DNA of 64,000 nt from Armatimonadota bacterium (GTDB taxonomy: Bacteria > Armatimonadota > Fimbriimonadia > Fimbriimonadales > GBS-DC). Each line of letters starts with the position of its first letter. The stretch's first letter is position 1. The stretch lies in NCBI GenBank assembly GCA_037444405.1, contig JBBIML010000006.1, positions 64,001-128,000 on the forward strand, written 5' to 3'. Shown here in pieces: positions 50,882 through 58,151 of the stretch. A program made the position numbers and the translations under genes. Under the pieces are notes generated by a model. It was not told the origin of the DNA. It worked only from the letters and a program-made list of their open reading frames with translations, and made no database searches.

Positions 50882-52573
50882 ATGATGAGCGTTGCCAGCA
50901 TGCAGCAGGTGGAGCAGACTCCGCTCTGGTCAGTTGACGAGGGCAATCGGCGATTTAGTCGGCTTGACTGGCTGCTGATTCTGTTTCTGGTTCTCATCAC
51001 GGTTGGCTATGTGGCGCGTGGGGCACGGCTCTCGGCGCCGCCTGCCGAAGACGCCGCGATGCTGATGCGCTACGCGACTCATCTGGCGCAGGGGCATGGG
51101 ATCGTGTGGAACATTGGCGAGAAGCCCGTCGACGGCGCGACCGACTTCCTGTTCATGGTGATGGTGGCAGGTCTTATTGGGATGGGTCTCTCAGCGGAGG
51201 TTGCCGTGCGGTTGCTGGTGTTTCTGGCGCATGTGCTGAATGTGGTGCTGGTCTATTACGCTCTGCGGTCGCTGTTTGGCGCGACATGGTGGCTGGCGGT
51301 GGTACCCGCGTTTTTCCTGGCGGTCGCGACGGGACCCATCTACATCACCACCTGCTTCGGCGCACCCGTGTTCGCACTGTTCGCCTCGCTGAGCTGGTTT
51401 TTCGCTTTGCGGGCTATCCTGTGGGGCAGTTCACCTGCGAACGCGCTCGGTTTCGGTCTCTTCTCGCTGATTACAGGGCTTGTCCGCCCTGAAGGCGTCA
51501 TTCTGACCCTGCTGATGGTGGTGGCGGCTCTCATTCTCAGGGGATGGCGAGGGGCGGTCGCGCTGGTGTTGGCGTGGGTTATCTTCGTGGTCGGGCTGGG
51601 CGCCATCTATTTCCTGTGGCGCTGGCACTACTTCGGCTATCCGCTACCGAATCCCTTCTACAAGAAGGGTGGGGGCACACTCCACCTTGACGGGCTTCGC
51701 GATTCCTACACCATGCTGCGTGCCTTCAGCCTGCCGTTTCTGCTACTCTATCTTGGCGGCTTGCTTTTCAGGGAGACGCGCCGCCTGCTGATCGGGCTGT
51801 TGATCCCGCCTGTCGGCTTCGCAACGGCTTTTATTCTGATTTCGAGCGAGATGAATCTGGCAGGTCGGTTCCAGTACCCTGCGCTGCCGCTCATTCTGAT
51901 GGGGGTCTATCCTGCTGCGCAGGTTCTCTGGCGCCAGCTGCAGCCGGAGCCACGCCGCGAGCCGCTGCGCCCTGCGCATCTTTACATGCTGTTCGCCGTG
52001 CTGCTGCTCCTGCTGACCTACTGTCGACAGGCGTTTTATCGCTCCAGTTTCTATCCCGACGGTCGGGCGGAGGTCGCGAAAAGCCTGGCGCAGTATCGCT
52101 CTAAAGGCTACTGGATGGCAGTGACCGAGGCGGGTTTGCTGCCCTTCTATTCGGGCTGGAACGCCATCGACACCTGGGGCTTGAATGACCAGTGGATCGC
52201 CCATCACGGCGCCATTACAGAAGAGTATCTGGAGCGGTATCGCCCGCATCTGATCGTGTTTCACGCCTACTTCTCGCCTGTTGTGCCGCCAGATCCGACG
52301 GCGAGGCGGTCACGACGAGCAATTCAGTGGGATCAGATGGTTGCCACTCTGCAGCGCTATGCCGAGCGGCGCGGTTATATTCTGGCAGCAGTGTACGGAG
52401 ATACGCCTCGCGATACCCACTACTACTATGTGCGCTCTGACTTCCCTGACGCCGCTGCTATTGTGGAGCAAATTCGAAACACACGCTACATCTGGTACGA
52501 GACGGGCACTGTCAGCGTGAACTATGCCCTGCTGGAGCCGACGCCCGGCGCACTTCGCGCAAAAAGCAAATGA
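50882..52573 (+). CDS. Polytopic membrane glycosyltransferase (GT-C type)
   Basis: EDAAMLMRYATHLAQGHGIVWN..VDGAT, VRPEG, RWHYFGYPLPNPFYKK, EAGLLPFY..IDTWGLND. Confidence 0.75.
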   Translation: MMSVASMQQVEQTPLWSVDEGNRRFSRLDWLLILFLVLITVGYVARGARLSAPPAEDAAMLMRYATHLAQGHGIVWNIGEKPVDGATDFLFMVMVAGLIGMGLSAEVAVRLLVFLAHVLNVVLVYYALRSLFGATWWLAVVPAFFLAVATGPIYITTCFGAPVFALFASLSWFFALRAILWGSSPANALGFGLFSLITGLVRPEGVILTLLMVVAALILRGWRGAVALVLAWVIFVVGLGAIYFLWRWHYFGYPLPNPFYKKGGGTLHLDGLRDSYTMLRAFSLPFLLLYLGGLLFRETRRLLIGLLIPPVGFATAFILISSEMNLAGRFQYPALPLILMGVYPAAQVLWRQLQPEPRREPLRPAHLYMLFAVLLLLLTYCRQAFYRSSFYPDGRAEVAKSLAQYRSKGYWMAVTEAGLLPFYSGWNAIDTWGLNDQWIAHHGAITEEYLERYRPHLIVFHAYFSPVVPPDPTARRSRRAIQWDQMVATLQRYAERRGYILAAVYGDTPRDTHYYYVRSDFPDAAAIVEQIRNTRYIWYETGTVSVNYALLEPTPGALRAKSK

Positions 52574-52592
52574 GCGGCAGGGTATACTTTTC

Positions 52593-53648
52593 ATGCAGAT
52601 GCGGCTCTCGGTTGACGATCTGGAAAGCCTGATTCGCCTGCTGGACGAGCATCCCGAATGGCGGGAGGCGTTGCAGGAGCGATTAATGACCGAGCAGGTT
52701 CTGCTTCGCCTGCTGCAGCAGAGAGCAGACCTGCGCGAGGCGGTACGCCGTCTCGTGCTGACCGATGAACTGCTGGAACTGCCCGCTCTGGTTCGGGAGT
52801 TAGTTGAGGCTCAGCGGCGCACGGAGGAGCGGTTAGCCGAGCTGGCGGTGCAGATGGACGCCCGCTTTGCTGAGCTGGCAGCGGAGGTTGCCGAGTTAGC
52901 CCGGCGCACCGACGCCCGCTTCGCTGAGTTAGCCGAAGCGCAGCGGCGCACGGAGGAGCGGTTAGCCGAGCTGGCGGCACAGACGGACGCCCGCTTCGCT
53001 GAGTTAGCCGAAGCGCAGCGGCGCACGGAGGAGCGGTTAGCCGAGCTGGCGGCACAGACGGACGCCCGCTTCGCCGAGTTAGCCGAAGCCCAGCGGCGCA
53101 CGCAAGAGCAGGTGGCTCTGCTGGTAGAAACCCAGCGGCGGATAGAGGAGGAACTCGCTCAACTGCGTCAGGATGTCCACGACCTCAGAGAGTGGCGGCG
53201 GGGCGAGGAGGGACGACGCGCGGGCGAACGCTTCGAGATCCAGATTATCAAACGCGCCCCGCGTCTGCTCAACGGCGGCGATGGCGGACGAACCGAAGAA
53301 CCCCATGTGCGCCAGCGACTGACCCAGTGGCTGCGCAATCTCCAGCCCGCCGAGATTGAGGACGACTTCGACGGCGAAAAAGACCCCACCTTAGCCGACC
53401 TCATCTGGTGGAAAGACAGCCGGGTGGCGGTGATAGAAATCTCGCTCAAGGTGGACGGGCGTGATGTGATGCGCGCCCGCCAGCGAGCCGACACCCTGCG
53501 GCAGGCGGGTGTGGATGCTATCCCCCTCGTCATCGGCGAGGAGTGGGCAACGCCCGATTCCCGACTGCTCGCCGAGCAAAACGGCGTCGAATGGATGCTC
53601 AAGGGCGACCTCTCGGCGGGCATCATCGAGTTCCGTCAGCTTCCGTAG
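52593..53648 (+). CDS. Second coiled-coil repeat protein with C-terminal PD-(D/E)XK-like fold
   Basis: LLDEHPEWREAL N-domain; AEAQRRTEERL repeats; ADLIW..AVIEISLKVD..DVMRARQRA; start ATG 52593 or 52599 after GGTATACT. Confidence 0.78.
   Translation: MQMRLSVDDLESLIRLLDEHPEWREALQERLMTEQVLLRLLQQRADLREAVRRLVLTDELLELPALVRELVEAQRRTEERLAELAVQMDARFAELAAEVAELARRTDARFAELAEAQRRTEERLAELAAQTDARFAELAEAQRRTEERLAELAAQTDARFAELAEAQRRTQEQVALLVETQRRIEEELAQLRQDVHDLREWRRGEEGRRAGERFEIQIIKRAPRLLNGGDGGRTEEPHVRQRLTQWLRNLQPAEIEDDFDGEKDPTLADLIWWKDSRVAVIEISLKVDGRDVMRARQRADTLRQAGVDAIPLVIGEEWATPDSRLLAEQNGVEWMLKGDLSAGIIEFRQLP
52797..53102 (+). repeat. In-frame 75-nt (25-aa) tandem repeat, two near-identical copies plus partial/degenerate ones
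   Basis: gagttagccgaagcgcagcggcgcacggaggagcggttagccgagctggcggcacagacggacgcccgcttcgc(t/c) repeated. Confidence 0.92.
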
Positions 53649-53672
53649 GGGCGCACCACCGTACGCCCCTAC
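53645..53672. repeat. GTAG-type REP palindrome
   Basis: GTAGGGGCG-caccaccgta-CGCCCCTAC, 9-bp perfect stem; its TAG is the stop codon of the upstream gene. Confidence 0.75.
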
Positions 53673-53710
53673 AGGAACCCTTCGGGCGTTTGGGCAGTAT
53701 AATCCTCACG

Positions 53711-54213
53711 ATGTTATTGACCATTACCACCACCTATCGTCCCGCGACCGATCTGGGTTATCTGCTGGGCAAGCATCCCGTGCAGGGGCGGTGAGCCGAT
53801 ACTGCGCGCGCTCGGCGTCCAAAGCGTGAAAGCGTGATCGACCTCGGCTGCGGCGAGGGCGACCTGCTCCTGCTGCTGATGAACGAGCCGATGCTGAAGC
53901 GCATTGCGGGGCTGGATGTCTCCCTGCGCGCGTTGCAAATCGCTGAGCGCCGCCTCAAGCGCCACCTGCAACAGGAGCGCATGCACCTCGCGCCGTAATC
54001 ATCACCACACCCAATCGCGAATATAACCCGCTCTATAGGCTGACCGGGACCCAGCGGCGCCATCCCGACCACCAGTTTGAGTGGACACGGGCGGAGCTGG
54101 AAAGCTGAGCGTCGTGCGTTGCGGAGCAGTACGGCTACCGCGTGCGCTTCATCGGCATCGGCGCCGAGCATCCCGAATATGGCTGTCCAACACAGATGGC
54201 GGTGTTTGAAAAG
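53711..54213 (+). pseudogene. hen1: 3'-terminal RNA ribose 2'-O-methyltransferase Hen1, heavily deleted
   Basis: Ordered fragments MLLTITTTYRPATDLGYLLGKHP / SVIDLGCGEGDL..GLDVS / [34 protein letters not shown]; 8-bp duplication at 53821-53836; TGA at 54106. Confidence 0.9.
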
Positions 54214-54215
54214 AA

Positions 54216-54690
54216 ATCCCGGAGCTATCGGTTGTGGTGCTGGTGGGGGCGTCGGCATCGGGCAAAAGCACTTTCGCCAGCCGATGGTTCGCGCCGACCG
54301 AGATTCTCTCTTCGGACGCCTGCTGTGCGCCTGAAGAGCTGAAGCCCACCCTGCAGGCGCGACTGGGAGTGCCTCCTGCGCTATCGCGACGCCTATCGCC
54401 ACTGCTGCTGGCAGGTGAACAGCCCCGACGACCTGCGCCTGGTTCAACCTGCGCTCAAGGTGCGCGGGCGCGAGTACCTGCGCATCATCTACGGCGCGGA
54501 ATACACCCTGCACCTCGAATCGCTGCGCGAGCGGGCGGTGGGGCGCAAGCGTGCGCTCGCCCTGCGCGAGTTCGCGCTCGGCATCGAGGCGCTGGAGCGG
54601 TTCGTCCGCTATGAGCCGCTGCCGCGCGTCCATCAGTGCGTGCTGGGCATCCTGGCGCTGGAAGCCGAACCTGTTGACCCCCGCCTGTGA
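54216..54690 (+). pseudogene. pnkp: Polynucleotide kinase-phosphatase-ligase Pnkp, heavily deleted
   Basis: IPELSVVVLVGASASGKSTFA..TEILSSD (P-loop) joined out of frame to YRDAYRHCCW..DLR|LVQPALKVRGREYLRIIYG..KRALALREFALGIEAL..EPVDPRL* (ligase C-terminus). Confidence 0.9.
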
Positions 54691-54730
54691 GCAGGAATCC
54701 CATAAAGCCGTGCCTGTGCCAGCGAATCAG

Positions 54731-54772
54731 CCCCCTCTCCCGCAGCGTGGGAGAGGGGGCTGGGGGTGAGGG
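54731..54772. repeat. Palindromic extragenic repeat (intact copy)
   Basis: CCCCCTCTCCC-gcagcgt-GGGAGAGGGGG-ctgggggtgaggg; 11-bp stem plus G-rich tail. Confidence 0.85.
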
Positions 54773-54778
54773 ATTGCA

Positions 54779-55089
54779 TCAGAGAGTCAACTCCTTCACA
54801 ACAACAATTGACACCTCCTGTACTCTTTTCAATTCTGTATCATTTGTGAGAAAGGCGGTGCAGTTCGCCTGCAGCGCTGTAGCAATTTGTAAAGCATCGG
54901 GCAATTCTATACCGTACACTCCGCCAGCGTAATCACTGAGGTGATTGCTGTAATATCACCCGCGTCAATAGCTTGAAACAGCGGGGACACCAGCCCGTAA
55001 TAGAGCGGGTGCTTCTCCGCGTAGTAGATGATGGGAGCTGTGTCGAGAAACACGCGCGACAGGTCTGGAAGCAGGTCGGCTATTCGCAC
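54779..55089 (-). pseudogene. vapC: PIN-domain (VapC-like) toxin with internal deletion and frameshift
   Basis: VFLDTAPIIYY..TSVITLAEC, then in another frame YGIELPDALQIATAL..FLTNDTELKRV..EL(TL)*; the middle of the PIN domain is absent. Confidence 0.85.
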
Positions 55090-55328
55090 TCTTTATCCTC
55101 CAGCAGCTGTTCGCGCTTGTGGGAGGCTTCGCGCCTTGTGCGCGAGACCCACTGCTGGGCATCCTCACCTGCGAGCGGATAGGGCGCTTTGCCAGCAATC
55201 TCTGCCCACTTGCGACGCGATTGCACCCCGCTAATCTGGCGATGCAGATAAGCCATCAGCTCCCGCAACTCGTCAGGGCTGAGCTGTTTGATTGCCTCCA
55301 TCAGGTGTTCCAGAGCTGGTGTTGCCAT
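55080..55328 (-). CDS. Putative antitoxin (82 aa)
   Basis: Overlaps the PIN gene start; LSPDELREL..KWAEIAG..GEDAQQWVSRTRRE; own GGGTATAAT and SD GGAGG. Confidence 0.75.
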   Translation of the reverse strand: MATPALEHLMEAIKQLSPDELRELMAYLHRQISGVQSRRKWAEIAGKAPYPLAGEDAQQWVSRTRREASHKREQLLEDKECE

Positions 55329-55416
55329 GACATTGCCTCCATAAAGGATTATACCCTTTGCGCCTGAAAGGCGAGAAGGATTAAGTTAGACCCCTTTCAC
55401 GGCGCGAGAGTCTTGT

Positions 55417-55610
55417 CCCCTCACCTGCAGGCAGGGACGAGGGCGAATGAACTCCCTCTCCCCAAGCTTGGGGAGAGGGTTGGGGTGAGGAGTTTCCTGC
55501 AGGCGTGAGACACTTAGCCCCCTCACCCGCACCCTTTCCCCTGCAGGCGGGGGAGAGGGATTCAGAACTCTCCTCTCCTGCAGCGTGGGAGAGGGGGCTG
55601 GGGGTGAGGG
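55417..55610. repeat. Cluster of ~4 palindromic extragenic repeats in mixed orientation
   Basis: Units at ~55417-55443, 55453-55490, 55518-55560 (inverted) and 55571-55610 (near-identical to 54731-54772). Confidence 0.85.
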
Positions 55611-55621
55611 CAAATACTCCC

Positions 55622-56017
55622 TCACTGCACTCCTGATAGCTCGTTCGGTAGCACCACAGCGAAGCCGCCGTACGCCAGCACCACCTCCACAGCGGGCAGG
55701 TCGTGCTCGGTGAACTCACCCAGCAGCACATAGTAGCTCGGCTGCAGCTGCTGCAGAAGCGATACCAGCTCGCCTTCCGACACCCTCACCAGATAATCGA
55801 TGGCGTCCAGCAGGGCGAGTTGCTCCGCATGGGCACTATCGGTCGTCAGCAGCGCGATAATCAGGCAGTCGCCAAGGGCGCGCGCTCGCTGCAGAAGGGT
55901 TGCTATCGCTGTGGATGGCTCCAGCCGCACGGGAGCCAGCACCACGACCCGATCCGCCTGCTTCAGGTCGGCGACCGCAGCCTGCAGCTGCTCTACGGAC
56001 ACGATTCTGGAGTTCAT
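55622..56017 (-). CDS. Degenerate RfaE/HldE domain II-like nucleotidyltransferase-fold protein (131 aa)
   Basis: IVSVEQL..LQRARALGDCLII..LALLDAIDY..LQP..EVVLAYGG follow RfaE-II, but the GCFDxxHxGH motif is missing. Confidence 0.6.
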   Translation of the reverse strand: MNSRIVSVEQLQAAVADLKQADRVVVLAPVRLEPSTAIATLLQRARALGDCLIIALLTTDSAHAEQLALLDAIDYLVRVSEGELVSLLQQLQPSYYVLLGEFTEHDLPAVEVVLAYGGFAVVLPNELSGVQ

Positions 56018-56033
56018 CGGCAGCGCGCCCCGT

Positions 56034-56048
56034 TCGGTATTATACCGA
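56034..56048. promoter_or_regulatory. Palindromic overlapping bidirectional -10 element
   Basis: TCGGTAT-T-ATACCGA: TATTAT on plus and TATAAT on minus, between divergent starts 56017 and 56056. Confidence 0.6.
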
Positions 56049-56055
56049 GCCAGCG

Positions 56056-56907
56056 ATGCGGGTGGGCGAGGCACTGCAGGAAGCAGCAGGGCGATTGGCG
56101 GCGGCAGGCATACCCGACGCGGGACGCGAGGCGGAGCTGCTGCTCGCCGCCTGCCTGCGACGCGATCGGGCATGGCTGCACGCCCATCCAGAGCAGGTGC
56201 TTCAGCCCGCTGAACAGCGTCGCTGGGAGCGATGGCTGACCCGCCGCGCACGACGCGAGCCGCTGGCGTACATCACCCATCGCCGCTGGTTCTACGGGAT
56301 CGAGCTCACGGTGGCGCGGGGCGTGCTGATACCCCGCCCGGAGACGGAGCTGCTGGTGGAGCGGTTCCTGCGCTGGGCGGCAGAGCGAGGCACGGCGGGC
56401 GTGCTGGTGGATGCGGGCACAGGCAGCGGATGCATCGCGGCGGCATGCCTGCTGAACGCGCCACACTGGTGCGGAATCGGCATCGATCGGAGCCGTCGGG
56501 CGCTCCGAATCGCGGCTCGCAATCGTGCCCGACTGGGACTCTGCCGGCGGTGGCTGCTGGTTCAGGCGGACTGGCTGACCGCTCTGCGCCCTTTCAGCGT
56601 CGACGCGGTGCTGGCGAACCCGCCCTATGTGCTGCCCGACGAGTGGGCACATCTGGCGCCCGAGATCACGCGCTATGAGCCGAAACGCGCCCTGCTGCTG
56701 CCGCGCCGCGAGCCGCTACAACCCTATCGCCAGCTCATCCGGCAGGCGCGACAGGTGCTGAAACCGAACAGCGTGCTGATTCTGGAGACCAGCCCGACAC
56801 TGGCAGACCTGGTGGCAGCCCTGCTCGCGCAGCACGGCTATCGGCAGATACAGATCGATGCCGACCTCGCGGGGCTGCCGCGCGTCGTCAGCGCGGTCCG
56901 ACCCTAA
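56056..56907 (+). CDS. prmC: Release factor glutamine methyltransferase
   Basis: RRARREPLAYI, VLIPRPETELLVE, DAGTGSGCIA, ANPPY, DLAGLPR; start refined to ATG 56056. Confidence 0.95.
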   Translation: MRVGEALQEAAGRLAAAGIPDAGREAELLLAACLRRDRAWLHAHPEQVLQPAEQRRWERWLTRRARREPLAYITHRRWFYGIELTVARGVLIPRPETELLVERFLRWAAERGTAGVLVDAGTGSGCIAAACLLNAPHWCGIGIDRSRRALRIAARNRARLGLCRRWLLVQADWLTALRPFSVDAVLANPPYVLPDEWAHLAPEITRYEPKRALLLPRREPLQPYRQLIRQARQVLKPNSVLILETSPTLADLVAALLAQHGYRQIQIDADLAGLPRVVSAVRP

Positions 56908-58085
56908 GTCAGCCCCTGCTGGACCAGCTGCTCGGCGTTCTCGATGTTGCGAGCGACCTCGTTCAGGAACTCCGCGCCGCCCACGCCGTTAATCAGGCGA
57001 TGGTCAAAGGTCAGCACAAGGTTCACATGGGGCACGCCATCGATGGGGAAGGTATCGCCCGCGAACAGGATCGCCACCGCTGGCGCGACCAGCACCGGTA
57101 TCGCGTCGATCATCTGATAGCCGCCCATGTAGGTCAGCAGCAGCTGGATGGAGGCGTCCGCCTGATCCTCGCCCTGCCGCGCGCGCCGAATCTGCGCCTG
57201 CACCGCGCGGATGAAGCTCACAAAATCGAGCGCGGACGCCTCTTTGACCAGCGCGGTGACCAGCTCGTCGCCCGGTCGCGCGACGGCGATACCGAGGTTC
57301 ACATGCTTATATTCGCGCAGGGTGTCCTCCCCAATCAGCTGGGAGCGGAACTTGGGATGGTTGCGTGTTGCCTGCACCACGCAGTAGGCGAACACCTGAA
57401 ACTCGGAGGGCTGTACAGGCGCGCCTGGCTGCGATTTGAGCTGGCTGACCACGCGCTGGATGGCGTCCCAGCGGGCGGGACGCTTCAGCGTGGCAGGCAC
57501 CACCACCTGACTGCTGCGCTTGACCCGATAGATGAAGGTGCGCTGCTGCGGCGCGAGCGGGTAGTCGATATATTCGGCTTCGGCGACCGCTGCGGAGCGC
57601 ATGGCGAGATAGGCGTCGATATCTTCAGGCATGAGCTTGGTGCCGCTTGCAGCGGGGATACGGCGCAGCTCCTCTTCCGAGATGCCTTTCTCGCGGGCGT
57701 AGGCGCGCGTGCGAGGCGGGATGACCACCTCGGTGCGGGGTCCCATCAGCAGGGGTTCGCGGGGCGGTGCAGCGACGGTCTCCACCGCGGCGCTCGCTTC
57801 GGCGGCAGGCGCGGCGGGCGTCGCAATGGGCGCCTCCACAGCGCCCTCCACCTCGATGCGGGCAATCGGTGCGCCAATCGGCAAAATGTCGCCCTCCTTC
57901 GCCAGCCACTCCACAATCACGCCGCTGTAGGGGCTTTCCACCTCCAGCGTGGCTTTGTCGGTCTCCATCTCGTAAAGATGCTCATCCCGCTGGACACGCT
58001 CGCCCGGCTGCTTCAGAAAGCGCAGCACGCGCACCTCCTGCAAGCCTTCGCCCATCTGCGGCACCAGAATCTCCACAATCGCCAT
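56904..58085 (-). CDS. 2-oxoacid dehydrogenase E2 (dihydrolipoamide acyltransferase)
   Basis: PQMGEG..EMETDKATLEVESP lipoyl domain; peripheral-subunit-binding region; LTFDHRLING. Confidence 0.9.
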   Translation of the reverse strand: MAIVEILVPQMGEGLQEVRVLRFLKQPGERVQRDEHLYEMETDKATLEVESPYSGVIVEWLAKEGDILPIGAPIARIEVEGAVEAPIATPAAPAAEASAAVETVAAPPREPLLMGPRTEVVIPPRTRAYAREKGISEEELRRIPAASGTKLMPEDIDAYLAMRSAAVAEAEYIDYPLAPQQRTFIYRVKRSSQVVVPATLKRPARWDAIQRVVSQLKSQPGAPVQPSEFQVFAYCVVQATRNHPKFRSQLIGEDTLREYKHVNLGIAVARPGDELVTALVKEASALDFVSFIRAVQAQIRRARQGEDQADASIQLLLTYMGGYQMIDAIPVLVAPAVAILFAGDTFPIDGVPHVNLVLTFDHRLINGVGGAEFLNEVARNIENAEQLVQQGLT

Positions 58086-58110
58086 CGTCTCTGCCCTCCA
58101 TTGCGAATAG

Positions 58111-58134
58111 GAGTATACCCCATCGGGTATACTC
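58111..58134. promoter_or_regulatory. Perfect 10-bp inverted repeat giving back-to-back GGGTATACT -10 elements
   Basis: GAGTATACCC-catc-GGGTATACTC; each arm is followed by a GGAGG SD and a start (58085 minus, 58152 plus). Confidence 0.7.
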
Positions 58135-58151
58135 TCTCGTGGAGGGAAACA

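Noticed and set aside
52797..53102. CRISPR-like array
   Set aside because: The repeats are contiguous, in-frame and encode coiled-coil units; there are no unique spacers and no cas genes.
54106..54108. In-frame TGA in hen1 as recoded Trp/Sec
   Set aside because: TGA is used as a normal stop throughout the window, and the gene is otherwise broken by deletions and frameshifts.
49400..55620. Genomic island integrated at tRNA-Ser
   Set aside because: No integrase and no convincing duplication of the tRNA 3' end found by eye.
55381..55731. Short ORFs with LTPSPLSHAAGE / PSPPAPSP peptides
   Set aside because: They are translations of the extragenic hairpin repeats, not genes.
56980..57010. E2 motif DHRLING (Asn instead of Asp) as a sign of inactivity
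   Set aside because: Asn at this position is known in active E2 enzymes, so it is not evidence of loss of function.
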